Source: Yuukianura sp. NJ FZ-2021 (lineage: Eukaryota). Taken from it: a stretch of DNA of 64,000 nt. This document shows positions 1 to 12,586 of this stretch, in pieces. The DNA lies in contig CM102283.1 of NCBI GenBank assembly GCA_046563655.1, forward strand, positions 6,262,001-6,326,000, given 5' to 3'. Within the stretch, counting starts at the first letter, position 1, and each line of letters opens with the position of its first letter. The notes under the pieces are model-generated. The model was not told the DNA's origin, did no database searches, and was given only the letters and a program-made list of their open reading frames with translations. A program made the translations under genes and the position numbers.

Positions 1-3000
1 TATTGGTGTCACTCAAATTGGTAGTGTGAACGACCACCCAATTTGAGTGACTTTGAAATTGGCCAATGAAAATGCCAGGAATACCGCTGACACGTTCATT
101 GTAAGTCTGAAATAGGCTTAAGTGACTCTAATTTCCTAGAGATGGTAATTGAGTTAAGCAAAAGTGCTTTTCGAGTATGCTGATTGGGTAAGGTGCTCTT
201 TGATTTATGCGTTGAGCTATCGAGACTCCTCATCTCTGTATTCATTTTGTGCAAAAAACATGGCAAAAATAGGTTCCATTGTAATTGTAATAAGTAAAAT
301 GCAAAGAACAAAAGACATTGTATGGTTGTTAGGCTAGGTTGAATTGAATTGAGTCTTCTGGAAGACGGAACACCTTCAATTATCTAATTTTGTGGTTCCA
401 TTAAAATGGATGAGGGATTTAACGGTTTTGACCTCTGCTGCTACTGCTGCTTGTTGGCTGGGCTGGAAAAGAGTGAGGTGGAGACTGAACGTGTCTAATT
501 TGCCAAGCTTTGGCAAAATTTTTGGCAATTTAAGTGGTGATTTGAACTCTTTTGAGCGCCACTGGCTACACTTACAACGTTAGCGAGTTCCATAGTGGTG
601 GGGATAATCTGTGAAAATGGATTTGGACATTGGACAATAAGTGGCGATTTTTGCCAGAGAATGAAATGCCCATCAAATTTTGTGGTTATGTCCGCAGACT
701 TTTTTTCTTGTCCAGAATTGTTCTTGGAAATGGGTAATTGGAGGTAACGTAATATGTTGCTCCTGGTTTTGGTGAAAGAGATATGACTTAATTGAGCTTC
801 TAATGTTGACTTAATGAGTCTTAGTTGTTAACTGTTGCGACTGTGCAAGCGAAGATAAGACTAACTTCGACTTAGTTTAGACGGCCATTGTTGCAGGGGA
901 GTGGCGTAGAAAGAGATTAACGGCGTTTTTTGAAGAAATGGCGGCGCTACTTTGTTACTTCTGTTTTTAAGCGTAAGGAAATTCGGTTTATGTGAAAGTA
1001 AAAGTAAGTTTAAATGCAGAGTTTTCTGTAGTTTTGGCCATGAATTTGAGGCTGTTTGGGGGTCAAGTGGAATGCTTTAATTTTGAAGGTGCTTCTTTTC
1101 AGTTACGTTTTGTTTAGCTTAGGTTATCGTGTTATGAAGTTAGTATTTTGTATTTGAGTGTTTGTTGGGAGCGGATGACGAATGCAAGGTTAGCAAGTTC
1201 CATTTCTGTTCGCGAATTATTGTGTAATTGCAGTTTGGCAGAATGAGACTTGTTCCAGAGACTGTTTTTTGATTAGTGGTGTTCCCCGTTCTACAAAGTC
1301 CAGCCCTTAACCAATTTTTATGGGTGGCATGACTCTTCAAGTAAAAGAAGAAACTGATGAACTTTTGGAGAGTTACGTACTATATACTATGCATTGTAAC
1401 TGCAAGTAGTTGCTGGAGAATTCAGTAGTCTTGGGACTAATTGTACAATCGTGACTTACGTAATGAAGTTTTTAGCGCCATCGTACTTTAGGTGGTGGTT
1501 GAGGGTTCGTCTCCTTGTTCTTTGGGGTGGGTATGATCTTCTGTAAGAGCCAAAAAGAACCACTTGTTGCCAGGAACATAGTTTGGCGTTGTAGATTTGG
1601 ACTTTGTGTGATACGAGAGTTCTTGGGAGTGGGATCAAAGGCGTCACTTCAGTCTTCGGCCGAAGCTTCCCGAGTAACCATCTCTCCTAACTTAGCTTAG
1701 CTTCTTAACTTTTTGTTAAAGTAAAGTCCAAAGGTCAAAGTCCAGCACTTATTGAACAACGACTAAACGTGATTTATGCATCGACTAAAGCCTGGTCTCC
1801 ACCGAAAGTTTCGACGTCGCGGTTAAGCAGAGCGAAAAGTAAAAAGTGATTTTTTGGCGTCCCAGGACGTTTGTCTTTGTTGAGATTTTGTGAATGTGGT
1901 GGCAGTGGGCTAGAAAGTCCTCTACGTAGAAGTGGAATATGGTCAAGTGTCTTCAACATCTAAGGAAATACTGCGGTAGTGGGAAAAGCTACGTGCTTAT
2001 GAATTTTTTCAAAGTTTTTGAAGAGTTCCGTCAGTTTGCTGCTGAAACTGTAGATTGAATGACTTAAAAGTTCTCCAGAATTCTCATATCCAGAAATTTG
2101 GGTTGACGACGACTGCATTTCTTTGGCAATTGTAGCTGAAAAATAATCTAAAGTTGAGAAAGCGAACTTGTGTTGCTTGGGGAGAAAGTTTCTTGAGATT
2201 TGTGAAAAAAGACGAGTTCGTGAAGTTTTTGGCGTCTGCGCGCGCGGAGAAGTTTTGTGTCCGCAGTAAAAATGATGGATGAGTACCATCGTGTTGGATT
2301 CCACCATCTTCTTGCTAATATGTCGCACTATCGTAAGTTTTAAATTTCTAAAAATTTTAAGACAATAATTTTAAAAAATATTTTCTAAAAAAAAAGTTTT
2401 GCAACATTTTTGAAAATTGGGCTTAAAACTATTTTTGAGGTGGCCGTTGACTCAGCTCAGAGGATTAAACCGTCCGAACCGGTTTTTCCAATTTCAAAAA
2501 TTCTAAAAATACTGAAAATTCTAAACATGTTGGAAATTCTAGGAAAAAAGTGAGAAACTCTAAAACTATTGGAAATTTTGAACAAAAATATTAGAGACTC
2601 TAAAAATACTAGGATTTTTTAGTGCAGGATGCTTTTGAAATTGTCTACACAATTGCAGAAATTCTGTTCGCTCTAAATCGAAACCAGGAAAATCTCCCAA
2701 AACTTTAACATAAATGCATTTTCAGCGTCACTTTTGAACAAATGTTGGTTAAATAAGCTTAAAATGGGGGTGGGGCTGAGAGATTTTGTAGGATTTGAAT
2801 GGAACTGGCAAAGTAGGACTGCATGTTGCATAAGCGTGGGGAGCTGCGGCTCCGCCTCCAGCTCTAATCTGAGCGTCTTCTTGTTCCAATTGCGCAATTA
2901 ACATTAGAATCATAGGAATTGATTCCTGTCTGTTTTTAAATGGGGTTCTAACGATGCTCTGCCTAGTCGTCATGCTGGCTTCTGCATCTTAATTTCTACT

Positions 3001-3626
3001 TCACGTGATGGTTGTTTGGGCGCATTATACAATTGATGGTGGAACTAAAAGTATTGATACTGGTTCCAGAACTTCCAGCAATAGCTCATGAGTCAGCCCC
3101 TGCTGGGATTTTCCAGTTGGCCGCTCGTGGTGGTAGTGGTGGCAGAGATTTACGTCTATTCCTGAGGTAGCTTTAACTTTAACTGTGCTAACTGCTTAGC
3201 TAACTAAGCTATACAAGAGATTAGGCAACTCTTAAGAACAACGAACAACGTATCAACAGCTATGTTTCGCAGTGACCTCGAGTCCAAAAGGAAGAGATTA
3301 TACCCCTTCTTACTTTGACGCTAAAGCGATCGAGGTCAATGTCCGAAGGGACTCTGGACTCACACTGTTGACTCTTTTCGTTCATCAACTTAACTAAACC
3401 AGTTCTACCTCCTGCAGTAGTCAATTCTGTACTAGGTTGGTTTCCATTTTGATACGCAAAAGTCCTGGGGACAAGTTTCACTTGACGATTCAGGGTCAAA
3501 AACATCGAAACTTTATTTTTAGACGGTCGAAATTGATATTTTGGGACGAAATCCCTTCTTGTTTTGACTAGTTTTTGAAAATAATCACTTACTCAAGGTT
3601 TTTTGTTGGTTTGTTTTGCAGGCAGC

Positions 3627-6600
3627 ATGAATTCTTCTGACGTTCGGATGACTCCGCGCCCTGCCAAGACGCCAGCATGGTCAGTCCCACCTCTCATGTC
3701 CTCACCACTGGATGACCCATCCTCCTGCTCTGACAACGCCTCAGACAACTCTGATAAAATTGAAAGTCTCTGCTCAACCAACCATCACTCGTCACCTTCT
3801 ACGAAGAACAGGAAACGCAAAATGGGCAACTTCTCACCTCCACCATCAAGTTCAAATGGAACTGAAGCTGTATCGGTCAAGGAAGATCAACGCAATCATA
3901 ACAACAATGCTCAGCAGGGTGAGAACGGCAGAAATTTTGGTCTCCGAAGTATTTTTGTGAATTTCAAATCTTCGCGCCAGCATTTCTAACTTAAAATGTA
4001 TCTTTTCAGGAAGCCTTTGGGCCGAGGCTGAGAGTCTGGCAGCAGATTTCGATGGATCCTTGTCCGGACTTGGTGCGGACTTGTCCACGGCTTCATACGA
4101 CATGTCCGAAGCACTACTGGCATTGCCGTCGCTGTACAATCAGAGAAATGCTTCAGGATCGCAGCAGCAACAGAACAACAACTCTGGCGCAGCGTAAGAG
4201 ATTTATGGCACATTTAATTGGGTTTCGTAATTGGAAGGATTTGGAGATTTTATGTATCTCTGGAGATGGACATTAAGGTCACACTCTCCAATTGGATTTC
4301 TATGGAAGAATCCAACAGGGATAAATTAAGAATGCTTTTCCGTTAATTGAAATGACAGATTGACTCAAATGGTGACCTTGACATATTACAGGGGTTATAT
4401 CAGCATGAAAGAGGCTGGACTCACTCCACTGGCAGCAGCACATCTTCATGGAGGATCTTCGTAAGTTCTAAAAATAACTGGAATTGAATGTTTTTAAGGA
4501 AAAATTGAAGATTTTCTTAGGGGAATTCCAAATTCAGGAAAAATGTTGAAATTGTTTCTTGTTTTGATGTTTCCAGCGTTTCGCTTCCAGGAGATTTCCA
4601 TTTTGAGCCACATTCCACATCTCCTGGTGGGGGAAACCCAACTTCTTTGCCGAACGGCCTAGATTGCGAAAGAAGGTAAAAAATGAAAATATAAATTATA
4701 CGCAACATTTTTTAAATATGTCACTTGATTTCAAATGAAAATTGAAATGAAAGTCAAGATGCATCAATATCGGAAACTTTCGATTGAAAAATTTGAGCGA
4801 AATTTAATTCGGAGTAACAATCTGAAGAAATGATACGAATATGCTGGAGTTTTTTTTATTGACACAAGTGTTGATTTCAATTTCAAATTTTGAAAATCTC
4901 AACTTCAGAAAACATATGACACTAATACGACTTGCTGTTTGTACAGGTTCCAGTACGTTTTGGCTGCGGCGACATCCATTGCAACTAAGGTGAACGAAGA
5001 GACGCTGACGTACTTGAATCAAGGACAACCTTATGAGATCAAGCTGAAGAAGTTGGGAGAGCTGACTGCTTACCGCGGAGTTGTCTTTCGGTCTGTCGTC
5101 CGCCTATGCTTTCACGACCGTCGTCTTCAATTTTCCGAGAGGGAGCAAATTGCACAGTGGGAAGATACGCACATGAACGACAGGATTCTGCAAGTTGACC
5201 TGCCGCTGTCCTACGGTGTGACGATGCTACCTCACCAAACAGACATTCCTACCAACACCGTCTCTTTTCTCTGGGAACCTCTCAAGGAAGTTGGACTTTA
5301 TGTCAAGGTGAGCATCATGTCAAATACAGCACTCAATAGTATTTTGGAAAGCATTTTTAAAACAGTTTTTGATGATTTTGTGTCAAAGGTCAATTGCATC
5401 AGCACAGAATTCACTCCGAAGAAACATGGAGGAGAAAAGGGCGTTCCGTTTCGCATGATGATTGAAACTTATTCTCATCCAGAGAACGTCCGCCTTCACG
5501 CAGCAGCATGTCAGGTCAAAGTTTTTAAACTCAAAGGAGCTGATAGGAAGCATAAACAAGATAGAGAGAAGATCCTGAAGAAGACGCCGGGAGAACAAGC
5601 CAAACTTCAACCATCTTACGAGTGCACCGTCCTCTCAGACGTAATAAAAAGTTAAAACTGATGGCCTTTTAACGACACTTTTACGTGTGTCAAATGTAAA
5701 TCCTAGTAGCGACAAAGTTATTTATATACTTTTTGTTTAAGCAGATTTCACTGGAATCTTTGGACTCTCCGCCTTCAGCCATGCAGAACGGACATGGCAA
5801 CAACAGTCAAAGTCAAACGGTGTCCCCTTCCTACACTTCGGACCACGGTGGTTGTGGAGGGGAGTCTCCAGAAAGCTTTGGACATTCGACGCAATGCACC
5901 AATGGAACGTCATCAACGGCTTCCTCATACAACTACTTTTCAGCCCACTTTTCTCCAGAATCCGTCCGTAGATGGCTTATCAGAAACAGGTTGGACGCTT
6001 TACTTGTTCTAGAAGGTGAAATTAACACTGGAAAAGTACTAAATGATGCTATTTTCGTCATAGGTTTGGTTCCTCCAAGACGCTTTGGGACTACAGTGGC
6101 CTAGACCTCCTTCGCTTGAGCAAAGAAGAGTTGGTAGAGATGTGTGGATTAGCAGAAGGTTAGTCACAGTGGATTAAGTTAATGTTAATGTTAAGTTTAA
6201 CATTATAATTATAAGGTGATTTGACAAATTAAGTACCAAAATTCCCCAACACTAATTTTTATGTCTCTGATACACTTAGGGATTCGGCTGTACAACGCAC
6301 TTCATTACAAAATCACTTTCTATGTCACGCTCAATGGACACCAAGTGAGTTTAAATTATTTTTATCACTCATTCCGCATTAATTAAACTTCGTTGACGTC
6401 AATACCCGCCTTCACCTCTTGCGTCTTATTCAAAATTTTCAAAAAATGAAATCAGTACTAATTGAATTTGAATACTGATTTTGAATTTTTTCCAGGAATC
6501 TTCTCGGACTGATGGCGGAGAAAGTTCGCAAAGTGTCTTCCATCCCGTCTGTCTCTCATCTCCATCTATTCCTGAACTCATTTCCGTACTCGGTTCGCTG

Positions 6601-6885
6601 TTCCAGTCCCAAGGTCATGGAGATGGACCGCTGGAACGCCTGTTCCTGTCGGTCCATGGCCATGCTGGATCCCGCCTCCGCGTGCTGCTAACGGAACAAC
6701 TCCTGTCGACTCTCAAGGACCAAACTGCCTTCAAGGTCATCAAGCACACAAGTGAAGCTTCCCTGGAAATTGTAGAGTAACTAAATAGAATCTATGTTGA
6801 TTTAGTCTTCCAGCATTTCTACGACGCGCTGGAGATAATTACTTTGATGTTAGTCTTAATGGCTGGGTGGAGTCTTATGAAGTGA
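3627..6885 (+). CDS. CP2/LSF-family (TFCP2/gemini-like) transcription factor, multi-exon; 3' end uncertain (about 6780-6975)
   Basis: Exon at 4010 reads SLWAEAESLAADFDGSLSGLGADLSTASYDMSEALLALP (CP2 N-terminal motif). CP2 DNA-binding domain FQYVLAAATSIATKVNEETLTYLNQGQPYEIKLKK...CISTEFTPKKHGGEKGVPFR...CQVKVFKLKGADRKHKQDREK (4948-5640). SAM-like segment DLLRLSKEELVEMCGLAEGIRLYNALH (6064-6305). Confidence 0.9.
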
Positions 6886-7369
6886 CGAAAGTCTTGAGTC
6901 TTGTTTATGCCCGAGCAACTCTTAGTAACTCATGTTCGAATGGTTTTGTATTCCCTAGTCACTCTCTTTTTTGAAAATGGAGGGCAAGACGTTCGTTTTT
7001 TAAGTGTGGGATTTCCCTACCTTCAAGCTTAAGTAACTCCATTCATTCCCTTTTGTAAATTAATGTGATTGATGAGGAAATTCTTGAAACGAAGTACCTC
7101 TTCGGCTTCATTGCTGTTTGTGGACCTAAAAATTGGAGATATTGAACCTTATTTTTGTGTTTTTTAGTCAAATTTTAACAAATTGAAAAATGGAGGACCA
7201 AATTGAAATGAATTGACTCATCGTTTCAGTGTACAAAGTCACTCAAGGTGCAAAAATTATACAAAAATTTTAATTTTACAATTTAAAATGCAATGGGACT
7301 AAAGTGTACTATACGAAAAAAGAAGTTTCAGTTTGTAATTTTGTGATTGAAGGGCAGCTTAAGGTTTCT

Positions 7370-7850
7370 AGCTACAAGAAATTAACTTAAGCAAAAGTGT
7401 AATACGTTTCATTCCCTACTCAAATTAAGTTTAGTTTCTGTGTTTAATTAAAATTATTCTAAAAGTGTATTGGCCTGGTGCCAAAACGTTTTGGAGAGCT
7501 GGGAGTCTAATTGCATGCTGGCTTATGTTGCTGGACTTCCTCTCGTAAAATATAGTGAGATATTTTGCAGTAAGATGCAAACTCGTAGAAATTTGGGGTA
7601 GGATAAAACATTTTAACAAAATAATTTTGAAATCTAAGTTTCAAATTTTTATGGAATAAACATACCCATTTTTGTTTGTTTTTAAATCAGCTCAGCAGCG
7701 TTTGAAGTACGCCGTATACGTCGTCGGCTTTAAAAAATGTTTTACATTACGCATACCTAACTGCTGAAATTCATAAAGTAAAGCATAAAACAACACAGAC
7801 AGACAGACAAACACGAATAAGACGTATGAAGTAGCTTTGCTACTTACGAT
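7370..7850 (+). mobile_element. Possible DINE/HINE-like (Helentron-associated) non-autonomous element
   Basis: (caga)n microsatellite at 7796-7809, short 3' hairpin aagtagc-ttt-gctactt (7829-7845), and a weak subterminal inverted pair (atacgtttcattc ~7402 vs gaataagacgtat ~7815). Boundaries are guessed. Confidence 0.35.
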
Positions 7851-8179
7851 TAATAATATGATAGCGATTTCATATTATATGTTACATTTATTGAGATCGA
7901 ATTACTTTTGCATATTTTTTACTGTTTAGCTTAGGTACTCTGCGTGCATAAAGCTTTTTTGTTAAGTGTTAGTAATTTCGTATAATTTTGACTAGATTCG
8001 TAAAGTTGCGCCTCTGTTTCCAGCTTGATCACATGACTTTCCTTTAGGTACATATTTCAATTGACTCACTTTTCAAGGTATTTTTAGGCATAACTGTTTT
8101 GGCACTTGAGCTTCCTCCTACAGGTAACACTGTTGACCTCGACTACGACCTTTGACCTTTTAGCACCAACTGCAAAAGT

Positions 8180-9525
8180 TTACATTGACTCCTCAATTTT
8201 GATGATTTCTAGCACCCCGTCTTGCATTTCCTTGACAGCTTCAAATTCAGTGAGTCCAAGTCTCCGCTTGTTGGAAATGTCGTAGATTCCACCCTCAGCA
8301 TCAGTATGTTCCCCCCGCGTCCCTCGTACTTGCAGCGAATACCTGCCAGCAATTTCTTCTAGTTTTGCAAGGTCAGCTCCTAATTTCGGTACTTGGATGT
8401 GTACAGAAGCACGAATTGTGGTTCCGAGATTCGTTGGGCAGAACGTCAGAAAACCAAATCGATCCGAACTGGCGAACGCTACTGCTTTTTCGATCTTATT
8501 CACCCCTGTTAATTCAATTGTGACAATTAATCCTAAGTTAAATAGAATTCGTTTGATTAACGCATGAAAAAGTTGACCTCTGACCTGCCACTAGCCTTCG
8601 GTAGACTTCGCCCAAGTTCCCGCCCATTTGCATGGAAATGATGCGAAGATGATCCTCTTCGTTTACCCAAACTAAGAACGTTTTTTCTTCGTTGTGAAAA
8701 ATCCCGCGTCCCGTTGGCCAAAATCGACAAGCATTGGCAGCCTAAATACAAAAAGTTGGCCCAAAATTACACGAAAAAGTTTTTTCTCAGTTTAGGAAGT
8801 TTTTTTAATGACCTGAAGGAATCTGTCTCCCTCCTTGAACAAAAAGTGGTCGTCGATCAGTTGTTGTTGAACATCTTTGGGCATGCCGGTCAACGGGTAG
8901 TAAGTTCCCTTGTGTTCCCCATCCAGTGCTGACAGTGTTTCGTTCATTTTGGCCTCCATGACCTCGTACTGCTCTCGGGTCAAGCAGGGGTTGAATGGAT
9001 ACCCAGCGAGGCTCCGCCCACAGCGCACCCGCGTACTGATGACATACTTCCCCTCGGGGTCAACGTTAACAAAGGAGTTGACGTCTCCAAAGTCCGATGC
9101 AGGATGAGTAGCGTCTTTGCCAAAGCCGCCATGGTATTCTTCAATGATGGGGTCAAACAGGTCAGCGAAGACACTGTAGGCTTCAGCGTCTGGAGCATAA
9201 ACTCCGATTCCAGAATCATGATTAGCGAATCCTAAATTCACAAAATTTTACGAATGAAATTCAAAAAATTAAAATTTGTTTGAAATGGCGTCCGTGATTT
9301 CAAATTTTTTTGAGCTAATGAATTAACTTTTACTTCAGTCAAATTTAGCGCAAAATTTGAGCAATTCTCACCACTTTGGACCACATCGAGCAATCCGGCC
9401 CCTAAAGACGTCTTCCGATCCTTAAGTGTCTCAAAAACCTGAGGGGTCAAGTACTTTTTGAGCAGGGATTTGGAGTCGCTCGCTTGAAGTGCATTGAATC
9501 CCTCAACCAATGTATCCGAAGCCAT
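8180..9525 (-). CDS. Argk: Arginine kinase, 4 coding exons
   Basis: [63 protein letters not shown]; active-site [28 protein letters not shown]. Confidence 0.97.
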
Positions 9526-11276
9526 CTTTATTTTTATGCAAGTTGACCTTATTTGACCCCTAAGCAAAGGAAAGTAAAGCAAAATGATGCTGGAAATTGC
9601 GGACTTTGGAGGATCCCTTGGAGAAGGACGGGCGGAGACTGAAGGCTGGAGTCATGGAGTCTCCCTGCGTTGGCCATTTTCATCCCTATGGATTTTCTGC
9701 ACATCCGAGAATGCATTTCTAGATCCTAGAACCTGTCCTTGTCGTAGACAGGCGTCCTTAGACCAGCAGTGCCGGCTCTATTTTAGGCAAGGCCTAAAAT
9801 TTTCTAACCTTCTAAGCGAATTTCAAAAAGAGACAAAAATTCCTTAAATGCTGCTTTAAAACTCGGGATTTTCCAAAATGGTGATTTTAATTTATTCAAT
9901 TCGTATGGTTTTAATTCAATTTTTAAACATGAATTTGCAACAGAAACTTTCAACTTGAAGTTGTTTTCAGCATTTGTAAACATTTGGATTGATTTCACAA
10001 TGGCTTAATTCTCGGAAAATTTCTGGAACTTTTGTGCTTCGCTAACTAGAAATTTTGATTTTTGTTTGTCTGAAAGTTCAAAAACTTTATAGATGCTTCG
10101 TAGGCAGCATTTATGAAACTTTGGTCTGGATTTGGATGCTGAGATTGTAGGTATTTCCGGCTCTTCTAGCACATCTAGCAGATCAAGGTGGACTAGTTTC
10201 CTCCTAAGATCCTAGGACCACCAGCATCCCATCTACAGAAATCGATCAAAGGGAAAGTCACCTTATGCCCTTAAACTTTCTCCTATTTCATTCCAGCGCT
10301 GTTGTTCATAATATTAAAGTCTCATGACACGGCCCTTGGACCTCTAGAAGAAGAAAGATGGTGCCGTAACATTCGATTTCGCTAATTGGTCAATCAGATC
10401 ATGCAAGCTTATGACATCGCAACTTCTATGATTGATGACTGAGTAATCTTAGACGAATTGGAAAAATGATTGAACAAGAACTCAATATGTATCCTCCTAC
10501 TCCTAGTAAGGCATAATCCAACAACAATTCCAGCATTTCTTGCACGAAAATCCAAATTTCTGGAATTTTGGAAAAAAAAGACCATTTGAGTCATCTTGTA
10601 AATTAATTCCAAATTCCAAGTGATTCAGTACAAAATGAAGCAAAAAGGAGAAATCCAGCAGTACTTCCAGCAATAGCACTTCTTGCCTACACTATTTAAC
10701 TAGTTTCAATTTTTAATTACTAACTTCATGTTTTATGAAAAATGGTTTGGAATGACGCTAAGCATCTATAAAATTGTAAAAGGGGGAAAGTGTTGTTGTG
10801 TTTTAGGTTAACTAAACTATTTAGCTCTGTTATTCGCTAAGCGGTATTTTAGCATTATTTTCAGAATTTATTTCCGAGTGTTTAAAAAATGATAAATACT
10901 TTTACCACTGCCAATAATTAACGAATTCATTAAGGAAATGACGCTGGGAATTAGTGGAGGACTAGAAATTTAAATAAAACCAGAGCTGGGCAGCAGCGTT
11001 TTGCTCAATTCCCTCTCGAAGCTACAGCTGATAAAGCTGACGGTTCTAAATTTTAATTTTAGAGAAGAGGTCAAACAGCCGGTAAACTAAATTAAATTTA
11101 TTAATTGGTCATTCAATTTGTGTCTGTGTGTTGGAATTTGAATCTGAGCATCACTGAACGTTCTAACCAATACGCCAGTACGGTTTGTTTCTTTACAGTG
11201 TACTTCAACTCTTTTGTCATGCATTTTGTAGTGGACTGTCGTAATAACGTTTTCGTTTATTTTTAGAACCACATAA

Positions 11277-11841
11277 ATGACACGCCTTGTCCAGTTCCTA
11301 ATCCTGGTCACCGGAATCATCACGGTCTGGCTCACAATACTGAAATTATACTACGTTCAAGATGGACTCCTGTCAAATTATATTCTACTGCCCCTTCCGT
11401 TCCATATTCTTGTGATATTTGGCGTAAGTGGATTATCTTTCGTCATAAAGACTAAATGTCGTAACCCACTAACGTTGGTTGTTCTAAATTACTAATTAGG
11501 CTTCAAACTATACCACAATCTATCTGCGAGAACCCTTTCAGCACCGCAGCACCGCACATTACGAGACGTAAGTTAGGTTTGTCCAGGTTAGGTTAGGTTA
11601 GGACAACCATAACATACGCTCCGAAAAGTGCGGTGCTGCGGCGCTGAAAGGGTTTTCCCCAATGTATCTGATGATGAAAGGTTAATTCTCGATCCTTTTC
11701 ATTTGTTTCCAGTTGTATTCCGTATTCACAGTACTTCATCGTACTTTCAATTTCAACGACTGTCCAGAAGCAGCAAAAGAACTGAATCAGCAGATTGAAG
11801 AAGCTAAGAAAGACTTGAAACGGAAAGGACTAAAGTTCTGA
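11277..11841 (+). CDS. DPM3: Dolichol-phosphate mannosyltransferase subunit 3, 2 exons (11277-11423, 11713-11841)
   Basis: Two hydrophobic segments, then spliced ...VIFG|LYSVFTVLHRTFNFNDCPEAAKELNQQIEEAKKDLKRKGLKF*, the typical DPM3 C-terminus (FNDCPEA..EL..QI.EA..DL..KG). Confidence 0.92.
11526..11659. mobile_element. MITE in the DPM3 intron with ~30-bp TIRs and an internal TTAGG tract
   Basis: gagaaccctttcagcaccgcagcaccgcac versus gtgcggtgctgcggcgctgaaagggttttc (2 mismatches). Flanked by caatctatct / caatgtatct, a 10-bp near-direct repeat. Confidence 0.75.
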
Positions 11842-12586
11842 TCTTATGATTGTGCAGACTGCAGAACAAAATGTTTTCAAACCTTGACTCGTTGATTCAA
11901 ATTCATTGCAATAATTTAACTGTAACGCTTTTTATTAAAAAGTTACTTGTTTTCTTAATTAAATACTGACATTACAGCAAATCATAAATTGAGATTCAAG
12001 TTAAAATCAGTGATTCCAATTGGGTTATTCAATGAAATAGTATTGATTTCGTGAAAAAATGTTATACAGTTGTACTGTCTGTTAACTTCACCCTTACTTA
12101 AACGAAGGTCATTAACACTAATTAATTAGCGCCCGTGGCATTATGCACTTAAGTTTATCTTTTAATATTTCATGCGGTGTAGTGAATTGATAATTTTCGA
12201 TGACGCGGCAACCCTAAAGCAGTAAGTTGTCATTTATTCTGCATGCAACATTTGACAAGTTGCCAATTTGCAAAAAAGAAACACGGGATTCTGTTGCTAC
12301 GAGTCTCAAAAAAATTCTCATCACGAGATTTGCATTGAAGTTCAGTTCGAATTCCAAAGGCCAACTTACAATCAACAAAGGAACAAAAAAGAAGGTGAAT
12401 CGGAGGGAGGAATTTGAGCAATGTTCATCATCAACGTATAGAACTAGTTTTTAAGTCATCATCATCACACCTACGACGAATTACGAACTTATACCTGGAA
12501 GTGTAACCGTCTGCTTGGTTACTCTGCTGGTACTTTAGTTTAGTTACTCCCTGTATTCGGGATTGGATTCAATTCAATCGTAAGTA

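Noticed and set aside
2477-2484. AACCGGTT Grainyhead/CP2 site suggesting autoregulation
   Set aside because: A single 8-mer is expected about once by chance in 64 kb.
96-3505. Short ORFs upstream of the CP2 gene
   Set aside because: No recognisable domains and no in-frame splice into the 3622 exon; treated as UTR or intronic sequence.
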